Part shown: piece by piece, positions 1-13,959 of the stretch
Layout of the letters: the number at the start of each line of letters is the position of its first letter
Numbering within the stretch: the stretch's first letter is position 1
Assembly: GCF_009914755.1 (NCBI RefSeq)
Contig: NC_060947.1
Reading direction: 5' to 3' (one strand)
Length of the DNA: 64,000 bases
Source: the human T2T-CHM13v2.0 reference genome, Homo sapiens
Notes under the pieces: generated by a model
Database searches by the model: none
Told to the model about the DNA's origin: nothing
The model's input: the letters and a program-made list of their open reading frames with translations, nothing else
Translations under genes and position numbers: made by a program

Positions 1-1784
1 CCTCCACGGAGGGCCTGCTAATTAAAATGCTGATTTCAGGAGAGATGGAAGCTCTGTATTTTCTACTTAGAGTAGTGTCGGGTGAGCCAGCCACATTTGA
101 CAGTATTAAATTGTTAAGTAAGAAAAAAAAAATTATCCAGGAACCTATGAAGAGCCAAATAGAGCTACTTCATTAATTGATACTTAATCTTCTTAGTCCT
201 TTAGTAAATCTGAAACAAGATAAGGGGGGCACAAATCAAATGAAGAGTGGAGATAAATAAAAAGAGAGGTGGGATGGCTAGAGCCTTGGCAGAAGGCAAT
301 GCAAAATGGTGCTGATACCAACTTTAGTCATGTGTCTTGCTGGATAACTCAGTTTTCTTTTAGAATTGGAAAGAATCTGAAAATTTAGCTCCTACACACG
401 TGGGATTTTCACAGAATACTCTACAGGAAAAAAAGCAAAATCATCAAATAAATACAACCCAGGTTCCAAGAAATAATGGATTCAATTCAGGAAACAGTGA
501 AGGTAAGCTTTAGGATGGCAAATTGTCTGAAGAAAAAATCAGTTCAGACTGGAAAAAGAGGATAATTATTATTGAGAAGTAAATACTTGAGAATTTAGAA
601 GAATTTCCAATAGCACTCAATAATAATTATTCTGTGAAAACCCCATGTGTTTAGGAGCTAAATTTTCAGATTCTTTCCATTTCTCAACACAACCTCTAAT
701 CTGTGCATCATAACATTGCAGTGATTCAATTTCTAATACATGGTAGATAATTGGTAAACATTGCTACTAACAACATTAATTTGGCACTCAGGGCACCATG
801 TTGGTTAATGCCCTACTCTAGACTTTTTCAACTCTAATATCGTTGACACACTTCCAAACACTGTAATCACATAGTCATTTTTCAGCACTCTGGGGCTTTT
901 TGCTTAGACATGATAGATCCAGTGTCTACTCTTTCATATGGTCACAGAGCAAAGTATTTCCATGTTCTATTAGACCTGTCATCCTTTTTCTGCACAGTCT
1001 GCAGGTTATTGTATGCATCTCACCACTTACTAGCATAAAACATTTCTAAAGTAGATCGAGAAGTCAGTAAGCTTCAAGAAAAGTGATTCGTTCTCAACAA
1101 TAGATCACGTATTGGTTTGTACAAACTAATCAATCACTTTCTTGGTTTGTCCAGTAAGTGAATTGACCAAAACAACATGCAGGGATTCTTATAGTCAAAT
1201 GCAACAGTTAATTCTCAATGTTCCTCGTTTAAGTATTAGTTATGGATGCATTGCCAATGTAAGTTGTCTGATTATGTCAGGGGAAAACTACCTATTTAAT
1301 ACATTTGACCAAGTCCTGACAGGTGTCCTTTAAAAGTGGGACCTATTAAGTGCAGTAGGAATTTGGGATTAGTGCAGAGAGCAGACATACTTTTCCTGCT
1401 GCTAGAGATCATTCAAATTCTCTTTGATTTCAGTGCTGATGTTTGGGTTTCATAATCTTGAATGTCCCTGGACAATGGTTCAGGCAATTATTGTGGTGGT
1501 AATACTCTTGTCTTTTGTTCAGCTTTATTCTTAGTATTTAGAAGACTAAACCACCACACCCAGCTCATTTAGGGTTGCACCAAGGAACAGTACATTTTCC
1601 TTTTAATGCAATACCTTCTAATTAATGGGAGGAATGGTGATGGAAGTGGGGCCTGGAGATGTACCCAAGTGACAGATATCTTTAAAAGACTGTGGATTTC
1701 CTCTAAGTCAAGTTCTCATGCACTTTGATCCTCATGTGTATTGAACTTTGAATGAGTCCCCTATACCAGTTGTCTAACCATCAT

Positions 1785-1950
1785 TATAATCATAATAGCA
1801 CACTGAACACTTGTGATATATCACGGACTGTTATATAACCCACCTAATTCTTACAAAAATCATGAGTAGGTAATTATTTTTTCCTTTTATGCAGAATTAT
1901 GTCAACAAAGCAATGCAACAGATGTACCTGAATCAAAATCCTATCTTCTT
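1785..1950 (-). mobile_element. MIR SINE fragment
   Basis: Degenerate MIR core in reverse orientation (ctaattcttacaaaaatcatgagtaggtaattattttttccttttatgcag). Confidence 0.55.
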
Positions 1951-2361
1951 CCCTCTACAGACCCTTTCTTGCTTTGAAATCAGGAAATGACTTTAAACTT
2001 ACCTTTACTACTTGCTCCAGACAAGACTTCTACTCTCTCTCCTCTAGAGCCGTAATTATGTGAAAATGAACAAACAAACAAAAATAAACAGTAAAAACAA
2101 GTTACCATGAGTGGGTACTTTGAAAAATAACATAAATATATTATCTACTGTGAATTCTACTTTTCATAAATCCCTGTACTCTGAGGGCCATTCACTTTCA
2201 TCTTTATGCATGCTCCCTTCTGAAAAAATGATTGCATAATTCATACTTAACAATATATCTTCTCCCTGTTCCATCATCTCCCATGTCTCACTTTTTTACT
2301 TTGGTATTAGACTTTTTTTTGGTCCGCAACCCTACTGAATGGTCTACTCCACAGCATTCAA

Positions 2362-2612
2362 TGTTGCCCAGGCTGGAGTGCAGTGGCACGATCTTGATTC
2401 ACTCCAACCTCCACCTCTTGGGTCCAAGGGATTCTCCTGCCTCAGACTCCTAAGTAGCTAGTACTACAGACACCAGCCACCATGCCCAACTCATTTTTTG
2501 TATCTTAGTAGAGACAGGGTTTCACCATGTTGCCCAGGGTGGCCTCAAGTGATCTGCCCACCTCAGCCTCCCAAAGTACTGGGATTACAGGTGTGAGCCA
2601 TCACACCTGGCC
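2362..2612 (-). mobile_element. AluS-type element lacking 3' end/poly(A), internal B-box deletion
   Basis: tgttgcccaggctggagtgcagtgg...gtgagccatcacacctggcc; flanked by gcattcaatgtt (2354-2365) and gcatttaatgtt (2613-2624). Confidence 0.95.
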
Positions 2613-2674
2613 GCATTTAATGTTCTGACTTCTCTTTATGCTGTTGTGCTGTTGGCCTTTTAATATTATACATT

Positions 2675-3450
2675 TCTTTTTAATATTATTTTTAACTGAC
2701 AAATGAGGAAAAATTTATTTAATGATGGAGTACAACACAGTGCTTTGATATGTGTGTACATTGTGAAATTATTAAATCAAGCTAATTAGTATAGCCATCA
2801 CCTCACAGAGTTACTTTTTTTGTGATGGGGACATTTAAAATCTACTCCTAGTAATTTTCAAGAATACGATACATTATTATTAACAATAGTCACCATACTG
2901 TACAATAGATCGCCAGAAATTATTTACCGTATCTAACTTTGTATCATTCAACCAATATTCTTATAACTTTGTGTCCTTTAACTGTGTACATTATACTTGA
3001 TAACTTTGTTTCCTTTAATCAATATCTTTGATAACTCTGTTTCCTTTAACCAATACCCTTGATAACTCTGTATCCTTTAATCAACACCCTTGATAACTTT
3101 GTTTTCTTTAACCAATATACTTGATAACTCTGTTTCCTTTAACCAATACTCTTGATAACTCTGTGTCCTTTAATCAATACCCTTGATAACTTTGTTTCCT
3201 TTAACCAATAGCCTTGATAACTTTGTATCCTTTGACCAATATTCTTGATAACTTTGTTTCCTTTAACCAATATCTCCCCATCATCTCCTCCCCTGCTCCA
3301 GCCCAGTAACTACCATTCAATTCTCTGCTTCTATGAGTTTGATTTTTTTTTTTTTAAGATTCCACAAACAGGTGAGATCACAGGGCATTTGTCTTTCTGT
3401 GTTTGGCTTACTTCACTAAGCATAATGTCCTAATGTTTTCCAGTTCCTCC
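2675..3450 (-). mobile_element. L1MA-type 3' end (L1MA8-10-like), contains a minisatellite
   Basis: aaatcaagctaattagtatagccatcacctcac...gtcaccatactgtacaatagatc...ctctgcttctatgagtttg...ggcttacttcactaagcataatgtcc. Confidence 0.85.
2934..3274. repeat. 31-bp minisatellite (9 full plus 2 degenerate units), consensus CTTGATAACTYTGTTTCCTTTAACCAATAYH
   Basis: Unit starts read at 2996, 3027, 3058, 3089, 3120, 3151, 3182, 3213 and 3244. Confidence 0.97.
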
Positions 3451-4844
3451 ATGTTTCTTTGTCTCTTAAACACCGTCTTCTCAACCGCTAAGGGCAGCCT
3501 CATTGATTGGAGATGTGGCCAATGAAGAAAGTTTCCAAGCTGTTCCACATTCTAGAACTGTGGCTGTTTGGCAGTTTGTATGGAAATCAAATCTGCATTC
3601 CTTTCTCGTGCATGAATAAGATGAAAGGCAGGGGAAGGTAAAGCATGGTAAAACATGGCTATGCTGCTTGGGGCTTAAATTACTCTCATTCTCCATTTTC
3701 CCAGGCAAAATTCTCCTCTCCTACTTCTGTTATGTTCTTTTCACTTTTTACCCTTTTACAGGAAGATTCTGTAACTATTTCAAGGCAATTATACTTTCAG
3801 TGTCATTTTATTGCAATTTGCTAGAGATGGGTACATATGGTGATTTAAAATCTGAAACTACTCTGACCCTAGCCGCATCTGGTCAGCGCAAGTGTTTCAT
3901 AAGGACATTCCAGTTGTTTTGGAATAATACATTTGGGGCAATTCCTAAATCACAGGTTGCTTTAAGGCCACCTCTTCAGATAATAGCCTTCTTGAAATTG
4001 CATGAAAAAATATAGTATATTCGTCTCTTGGGTCAAGTTCTCGCCATGTGTTCGAAAATCATTTTGTGTTGCTTCTTATTCTAGCCAGTGAGGTTTTAAA
4101 GGAGGAGTAAACTGTGGAAGTTTGAGTATCCCATATTACATTATTTTCATTGTTTTGTTTTTGTAGAATGGGAAACCATGTAATCATCCGTTACAAAGTG
4201 TTTATGCTATTTAAATATCCAAAACAGTAAAACTTGATAGAAGTAATGGAAAATAGAAGCATTTGGCATTTTCCCATTGTGACGGTGCATGTAAAGGAGA
4301 AATTATAAAAATTGAATAAAAATCTCATTATCGTCAAGGATCTATTTTTTCCTAAATAATCCTCTTCAGTGAAGAAAATATTTCCCATGCTAACGGAAAA
4401 GAAAATGGGTGACAGGAAATCACAAGTGAACATTCAGCTTTACCTACCAACATGATTAGATTTGAAATACAGAAAATGTTTTCATTCAGTACCAGAATTC
4501 AAATTAGATTTTCACGGTAACCAGGAAACTCATTATCAGTTTCGTTAGAATCTTAGTAGTATAGGAAGAGTCATTATTTCAAATAGAATTTCCTTGCAAC
4601 TTACATGAACTTTGGGACTATTTTATCCAGAAAGAAAAATGCAATTAGAAAGGAACTTTAGATGAAACAAAACAATATTTTTATTAGAGTTCCATAATTA
4701 TATGTGTGTCTTGAAAATTCGGTGTGTATGAGAAGCGTGCAAAACGTTATTTATCTTCATCTGTGAAACGGGTTTAGAGTTGAAGAGTTATAAACAGATT
4801 TTTCACCTACATGTCTAGGAAGATTTGTGTAAAGACTGAAGTCA

Positions 4845-4960
4845 AGGGACAATTCTTCTGTGTTCAGTACTGTCCTGCGTCTTGTTTTAGGTGTTGCATT
4901 GCTGAGAAGACCCCGCCATCCTTGCGACAACCACAATTGACTACACAGATTTCTGAAATG
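4845..4960. mobile_element. MER20-like hAT-Charlie fragment
   Basis: ggacaattcttctg...actgtcctg...tgcgacaaccacaattgactacacagatttctgaaatg resembles MER20. Confidence 0.45.
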
Positions 4961-6680
4961 TTAAATGTGATATTTGCTTTTTGAGAATGAGATATTGTGA
5001 TCCTAAGCCATCACCCCAAAGCTAAACAAATGCTGTTTATAAGTTTCTACTCTGCCCAGCGACAACCTAAGTGTCTCAAAAAATAGTTGTTGGAAGAAGT
5101 TTGAAGAGGAGAAATGCATGTGTCGAAAGATCGCATGTGATAGTTGATGTTTTAGTGTAAGAACTCTTGATCCAAGAATTCCCCTAACAGAAGCTACGAA
5201 TGAAAAAAAAAAAAAGTAAATTTCCTTGAAGGCACAACGGCTTCCAAGTCCTTCATAAACACAACACAGAAGATAAAATTTGATACTGCTTTACCTAAAA
5301 CATAAATTTTCGTGCCTGCTGATATCAGAATTTCTTCTTCTCCTTGATATAAGAGTTAAAAAATATTGATCCCGGTTTATCAAGAATACTAATTTTTGAG
5401 CACTAAAAGAGCTAATTCAAGGCTAATTCAGAAATAAGGAGCCCATGTGACTACTCTTTTTAAGAGTTGGACTTAATATTAACAGTAAAACTTTTTAGTG
5501 TGTATCACATGCAACCAGCAAAAGGTATTTGTTTACGCTGCAAAAATGTCAAAGAACTGACATTTTTTTCTCTCTGATTATGAAGATCTAGCAGAATTTT
5601 TAAAGAATATTATATAGAAACATGCAGTTGCATTTTAACAACTAGTCCTTAGTCTATTGTGACCACAATCCACTTAGCTCCAAACCTTCATACACCTTTT
5701 GGATCATATGTATTAAATAGTAACCACCAGCTTTCAAAAAATACTAGAATGATAAAAGATGAAAAATGCATACTGCCATTTTGCTAACTTCCTCATTCAT
5801 TACAGTTAATTCTACTCTCCCATCAATACAAAAAAATTATATTTCCAAGAACATACTTTTATACCTTATTTGTAATTCTCCTCATAAATGTCAAAAACAA
5901 GTTTAGTTAAAATTTACACTTTTAAAATGGCCACTGTAGTACTTTTGGCTGAAATAATAAAATAGTACATTTGGCTGAATTTTACTTTAGTAGAATTGAC
6001 AGCATAATTATTTGATACAGAAATTCTCTTAAGCCAATTAAAGAGGAAGGAATTTAGTTACAATAACACTATTCATTACTCACCCACTAATTTAACGTGT
6101 TATGAACCCCAAAGGCTTTCTTAAATAGCTTTTATGAACCAATATGATGTGATAACCTACAAATCCAATGGAAAATTATTCTACAACTTGCATCTACGAG
6201 GAATATAGGAGTCATTCTTTGGTACAGAATCTTTTGGGGTCCAATCATAAACAAGATCTCTGTATGTACATGTGTGTGTGCACACACACTCATACACCCA
6301 TACTCATTCACACTCACACACACACACATATGGAGAAAGATAGAGATAGAAGGAACATCTTTATATGTCCTTAAAACATTAACAGATGTATTGAGATAAT
6401 TCATCCTTCTGCGTGTACACAAAATTTTACTTTTTTTTTTTTTTGCACTGTGCCTCTGATCACAACTTCCTTTTGCAGTCAATACTATTTCTTATCACCA
6501 ATGTCAGAATTCCTCTCTCTCCCATGTTGCAGTTTAGTTGTCTGGAAATCTTCTGTGATTCCTATTGCAAACAGTGTCCCTCATTTTGAATTAGGAGGAA
6601 GCTTGTTGTCTACAATTTATATAGGACTTTGACTTGTTGGTTAACTAATTGTATACAAGTACTGCTATTAAGACATCAAT

Positions 6681-7032
6681 ATTATGCAGCCATAAAAAAA
6701 TGATATCATGTCTTTTGCAGGATCATGGATGGAGCCCAAGGCCATTATCCTTAGCAAACTAACCATGGAATAGAAAACCAAATACCCTAAGCTCTCACTT
6801 ATGAGTGGGAGCTAAATGAGAACATATGGACACATAGAGGGAACAAAAGACACTGGGGCCTACTTGATGGTGGAAGGTGGGAGGAAGGAGACAATAAGAT
6901 AAAACAACTTTTAGGTACAAGGCTTAGAACCTGGGTGATGAAATAATCTGTACAGAAAGCCTCTGAGACATGAGTTTACTTACATGAGAAACATGCACAT
7001 GTCCTCACGGACCTAAAATAAAAGTTTAAAAA
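6681..7032 (+). mobile_element. L1PA13-16-type 3' end, 5'-truncated
   Basis: atgcagccataaaaaaa...gccattatccttagcaaactaa...gtgggagctaaatgag...acctgggtgatgaaataatctgtac...aaataaaagttt. Confidence 0.9.
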
Positions 7033-7429
7033 TACAAAGACATTATTAGATCTCAGCAACACTTTATAAACTACCTTTAAATACAAGTTAATGAAAGATA
7101 GATAGATAGATTAATATGGCACAACATTTAGACCACTTGGACCTTAAAAACCTATTTGTTGTGTTTCCTAGCTAAGATCTATCCTTGTGTAAAAAGATAA
7201 GGCCTACATTTTAGAATTAATCTCAATATTATGAATATAATTTTCTAATGAGTGAAATGATTTTAGTTTACCCTGCCTATATTGTATTCTATGAATATAA
7301 TCACTAAAGTTATCATAGTATAATAACACAAAAATACAACCTATATAATGGAAGTTACAGTCTTGATTTGTAACATAAGTTTTAAGATGGTCTACTGTTG
7401 TCAAAATTAATTAAAAAAAAAAAATTACA

Positions 7430-7687
<258 letters not shown>

Positions 7688-8332
7688 TTAGATATATTGA
7701 ATTTCTGAACTTATAGCCCTATATAGCAAACATTAAATTAACATACATAACATTTAAATTTTACATGCCTAATGAAAATATTAGTATATAGATGTCATTA
7801 ATCTAAATTGTATGTCTGATCCTGACATTAGCTAATTTTTTTACTCTTTACAAGTTATTTAGCCTTTCTGGATTTCAATTTTATGCTTAAAAAATGAATG
7901 GAATTTATTTAATGGAATTTATTTTCCATATTTAAGAGTATACGGTTAACATAAATATTTGTGTCATCTATATAAAATAATGCCTACTTTCTATTTTCCT
8001 AATTTCACTTGGTGTTCTGCTATAAAAACTCCCCATTTCATTTTTAATGTCTTTTTCATTTTGTAAGATGCATAATACACAATATCTAGCATAATTCAGG
8101 GGATGATAACCTATATCAGCCAGTTTAAAATTGTTTTATAACATTTGATTGTTTTGTGATGCATCCCGTAAGAGAGACATATAATTCATGAAGCATAGAT
8201 TATGTGGTAGGTTAATTGCATGGATTCTTTTGCAAAGCAAATTTAATGGCATAATTTTATAGTGAAATTGACAGGGTCATTTATACATCTCTTCAGTGGG
8301 AGTCATTTTGTTCAAAGAGGCTTCCTAAACAG

Positions 8333-8335
8333 AAA

Positions 8336-8374
<39 letters not shown>
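8333..8374 (+). repeat. (AAAT)n microsatellite, ~10 units
   Basis: Read directly. Confidence 0.95.
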
Positions 8375-9840
8375 CAAAAACTAAACCAAAATGCTCTCAT
8401 TAAAAAAAAAAAACATTGTATTCAGTCATTTGATGTCACAGGGTAGAGTTGACATCTTCGATTTTCTCACTGTCAATTAATCTTTAGCTGTTTCATTGCA
8501 ATCTCTGAACTCATCTGTGTGAATTACGTACCATCTATTTCTTAAACCTTTTTGGTACTTGTAGCTTCTTTGAGTGATAATCTTTAAAAGCAAAGCATGT
8601 CTAAAGTTAGAACACACTAGATGCAAATCTTCACCACTAACACAATAGGAAGTTTCACATTTTAGAATTTTACCTCTAATGACAAAGGTGGGTATTTCTC
8701 TGTTGTGAGTAGAGTACTCAGATCAGAAGCTGCATTCCTTAGAAGAGGAAGAAAAATCATATTATTAGATTCTATATTCCCTAGTAGGCTTTTCTAATGT
8801 TCCTGAGAAAGAAAGTTTTATTTTACTTCCCTCTGGGAAAATTAAAAAAAAAAAAGTAATTAAAAAAATTTACCCTCGTTTGTTGCAAATGAGCTTAGGA
8901 AAATTCTGATCATTCTATCATGTAAGTACCATAAAATTACAGATACTGGTTCAGTGTGGATAAGAAATGTTGATATGCCACCCAGCTTTAAGAAAACTCG
9001 CTCACAAGCAATCCATGGATCTTTCACGTAATGGAATATTCAAACCTCTTTACAAAAGATGTGCTTCAAGGTTAACAACCCTTTAGGAATTATAAGCTTC
9101 ATAAAAGCACAAGATATGAGGAATGGAGGACACCTTAAAATGATCAGAGTTAACGTTCTGGTTGAACGGATAGAGAAATTGATTGCTGAAGAGTTTAACT
9201 TCCTTTACCCAACAATGCACATCAGCTATGGGCTCAGACTGCAACATAAGAACTGTTGTCTGACCTTGAATTCGAAGCTGTTCCAGGAATATTTTATCTG
9301 AGCTTTGTATGATTTTATTCAGAGTCTAGCCTTTCCAACAGGCAATTCATTTAAACCAGCATTTCACAGGGTTCTGTGAATATGAGTGATTGCTGTTCAC
9401 AAGGGGCTTTGGGAATGAATGGAAAAGACTTGAACCCAGACTTTCACTGCAAGAGGCAATGTGATAAGTTCAGAATGGAGCAGAAGACCACTGGGTGGAA
9501 GATCACACAGTGGGGATACATTGATTTGGAGAAACAGCAAGACAGACACAACCCATAAATGGTCTCCTTTAAGTTAAAGCTGGTGAGCAAGCAGGACTTT
9601 GAAACAAGAACAGTGTTCTTGATAGAGAAGGAGGAGTCCCAGTTGCAGAGATTACTTAATCTATGGACAGAGATGGGAAAATGGGCTTCCATTAGATAAC
9701 CATAAATGACCTGGTTTTGCCTTTTGCATACAAAGAGTAATGCGGAAAAATGATGGAGATGAAAACTAGGTGAGAAAGATTGTTCAGAAGTTTAACCTAG
9801 TCTGGTAACTCTTTATTCTACAATTAACTCAGAAATAATG

Positions 9841-10210
9841 TGTATTAGTCTGTTCTCACGCTGTTAATAAAGACCTACCCAAGATTGGGCAATCATAAAC
9901 AAAAGAGGTTTAATTGACTCACAGTTCCACATGGCTGGGGAGGCCTCACAATCATGGCAGAAGGTAAGAAGGAGCAAGTCACATCTTACGTGGTGGCAGG
10001 GAAGAGAGAGAATTTGTGCAGAGGAACTCCTCTTTATAAAACCATCAGATCTTGTGAGACTTATTCACTATCATGACAACAGCACAGGAAAGACCTGCCC
10101 CCATGATTCAATTATCTCCCCTCCACCCCTGTCCCTCCCACCACACGTGGGAATTGTGGGAGCTACAATTCAAGATGAGATCTGGCTGGGGACACAGCCA
10201 AACCATATCA
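9841..10210 (-). mobile_element. THE1B/C solo LTR (ERVL-MaLR)
   Basis: tgtattagtctgttctcacgctg...cacagccaaaccatatca; perfect 5-bp TSD TAATG. Confidence 0.95.
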
Positions 10211-10723
10211 TAATGACTGTGGAAACTATAGGTTAAGGCTCTTGAATCATTCCTGAGGATGAGCTTGACTGCTACAGAATTTAGGATGAATGGAAGAAAA
10301 TAAAGTACAATTAGAGCGAGTTTATTTGAAGCACTGGGGAACTCTCTCTCTTTTCTAGATTTCTAAGTCATGGTCGTATATTTATATGGCTCTAGAAGCT
10401 GGTGAACTATCTTAATATTGAAAACAGGAAGTTGGGAAGGGAGATAGAAATAAAACAATAGAAACAACAACAAAAAACCACTGGCTTTTTAAATAAAGAA
10501 CAATGTCAACAAAACTGCTTGTTCAAAGAAATATTAAGCATCAAGATTTTTAAAATGAGAATTTTGTCCTGTAAGAGCATCTAAACAAGAATCTATCTTT
10601 TCCTTCAATGTAATAGAAATATAATTAGAGTCAAGTGTTAGGAATTGTTTTCCACAAAATGAATAATATAAAGATCCAAGTTAAATGTTTTATGTTTAAG
10701 TCAAATAAGAAAGATTAATTGAA

Positions 10724-11098
<375 letters not shown>

Positions 11099-11269
11099 CT
11101 AGTTTGTGGTAAATCATTCTCAGTGTTTTGTGTGTGGCTGGATATCAGAACTAATTATTTATATAATTTGTATAATAAAAATGTTTAAATACACTATACT
11201 GAATAGCTTGTATATCCTCTAGTTTATTAGCCATGATGTCTTCCTCTCATAGGTAACCAAATTCTTGAA

Positions 11270-11435
11270 ATGCATACTTGCATTTATGTATGCATATGCA
11301 CATGTATGTATGTGTGCATGTATCCACACATACATATAGACATGCATATATATGTATATATGTGTACAGGCATACATATGCATATGTGCATGCATGTGTA
11401 ATTGCATATATCTATGTGTGGGTAAACAAATATGT
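11270..11435. repeat. Alternating purine-pyrimidine low-complexity tract (TATG/TGCA/CA)
   Basis: Read directly. Confidence 0.85.
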
Positions 11436-11869
11436 GAAAAGGAATGTGCAGGTACTCTTGTTTACTTTATAAATTTTTTACTCTTAAAGGAACATTATAC
11501 TCTATGTTCTCTTAGAACTTTTTTATGGATTAACATGGTTATTAATGTGCATTTATGTTTGCAAGTAGTCATGTAGTAATGATAATTTATTTACAATGTT
11601 TTATAATATTCCACTATATAAGTAAAACATAGACTAGGTATTCATTATTTCAGATGCATTGAGGTTCCTCTAGGTTTTGTGCCATTCTGTAATGCTACTA
11701 AAATCATGTTTTTGCTACCTTTCTGGTACATATGACCAGGGATTTCTCATGGGTATATAACAAGGTCATAGTTTTGACAGCTGAAATTTTTGGGAATGCA
11801 GAGGGTAATGGAATAGTGCTTTTAAAGTGCTGAAGAAAATTTATGTTTTCTTTAACCAGCAATAATATG

Positions 11870-12720
11870 TTTGAAAGAGTGAATGGGAAACAAAGGTACT
11901 CTCATATAAACACTGATGGAATTTGTTACTGCAGACATCTATAAGAAAGGAAATAATACAGAGAATTTTTGATAATAATTCTACATGGATATAGAAAGGC
12001 AGTAGAATACAAAGGAAAAACAAAAAGCTAATAGATGCATATATGTCAACAACTATTAATTATAAAATAATAATTCTGGTGTCTTTAGACTTCAAATTTT
12101 ATTGAAACTAAAAATGAAAGGAAGAGTAATACCAAAAGAGGTAAAGTAGGTAAATAAATTTGGAGAGTGTGGGGTTTTAGCTGCATTGGGAAAATTGTAA
12201 ATATAATATTTTATATTAGAGATTTACACATCTAGGATGTGGGCTGTAATCTTTAACTATAGATCATTTCAAATCTATAAAAAGTTAAAAGAAAGTACAA
12301 ATAAATAATAAAAAGATGTCTATATAAAAGATGTCTAAAAACAGGGAGCAAGACAATATAAATTAGACAAACCAAATAAAAAAGAAGTTATATGATTGAT
12401 TGTACAGACAGAAAACAAAACAAAATCTCATCAGCAATTACACTAAATATAAATGGACTAAGAATTTCAAGCAAAATATTTAGCTTGTCAATCTGGATTT
12501 AAAAAGAACAGCAACAAAAAGTAAGACATTATACTGATTGAAAAAGTGTGTTTTAAAAATAAAGACACAGTTTAAAAGTAAAAGTGTAGGAAAACATATC
12601 ATTAAATCCATAACCAAAAGCTAGTATCTAATAGGAAGTTATGGTAATCCTGTATTTGTGTGCATCAAATTATGTAGCTCTGAAATATATACATAATAAA
12701 TATTAAAACAAAATTTAAAA
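11870..12720 (+). mobile_element. Ancient L1M fragment covering ORF1 end, inter-ORF and ORF2 endonuclease start
   Basis: 12429-12505 reads SSAITLNINGL...LSIWI*K, matching the L1 ORF2 N-terminus (ISIITLNVNGLN...LSDWIKK) but disrupted. Confidence 0.7.
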
Positions 12721-12795
12721 GTCCCAAGTGTACAATCCAGTGAAAGAAGGTACATAAAGTGTTCAGAGTTGCTTACCCACAAAAGAAGCAAATAA

Positions 12796-13155
<360 letters not shown>

Positions 13156-13384
13156 TATCACTGTATACTTTATAAGGTGAGACAAAGTCACTGCAGTGTG
13201 CTGAATGGAGACTGAAAAAAGCTGGATCTTCAGGTCAGGGAAGTAAAACACGAAAATTCTTAGATGAAAACAGAAAACAAGAACAGATAAACAGATCACT
13301 TCTCAGGAGGATAAACATGAACAGTTCTGGCAAAGATTTGTAATACATATGGTCATATGACCAGACATTTTTCACAACTGAATA

Positions 13385-13720
13385 TTTTCTCTCTCTTTTT
13401 CTCTCTCCCTGTTTCTCTTTCCCTCTCTTCCTTTCTTTCTCTTTCTCTCTTTCTCCTATTCAGAAACAGAAGACAAATCTTTGTAGAGGCAACATTATAA
13501 ACACATATGTTAAGATGTATATGAATAAGAAACAGATATTTGAACAGACACGTGTCTTCTAAGAAAAATATATACATGTATGTATGTGTATATATATACA
13601 CACATATACACATATAAATGTATGAATACAAACAGATATTTGAACAGATATATGTCCACTCTGAAAAATATAATGTATATACTTGTATATATACATTTGT
13701 GTGTGTGTGTGTGTGTGTAT
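13385..13720. repeat. (CT)-rich, (TA/CA)-rich and (TG)n low-complexity cluster
   Basis: Read directly. Confidence 0.8.
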
Positions 13721-13959
13721 TCCTTTGACCAATTCTAATTCTGAATGTCTCCATATGAGCTTCGTTTGAATTTTAAAGAGCACATCACTCTAATATAACA
13801 GTTGTTTAAAATAAATGTTGAGAAAGCATGCAAATCAATAAAGATGTCTTTGATAGTTTGGTGAGAATGCCTGCTTGTTTCCAGATGATTGAAATAAATA
13901 GGGAAAGGTACTCTCATTTCCCAAGCAAATTTCCTCTCCTGCACTAAGCCTTAGGGATG

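Noticed and set aside
780-1500. Possible ancient transposon or ERV internal remnant
   Set aside because: I recognised no protein motif or terminus by eye; it needs a Dfam search.
2934-3274. CRISPR-like array (repeat unit of about 30 bp)
   Set aside because: The units are head-to-tail with no unique spacers, derive from the host L1, and have no cas genes nearby.
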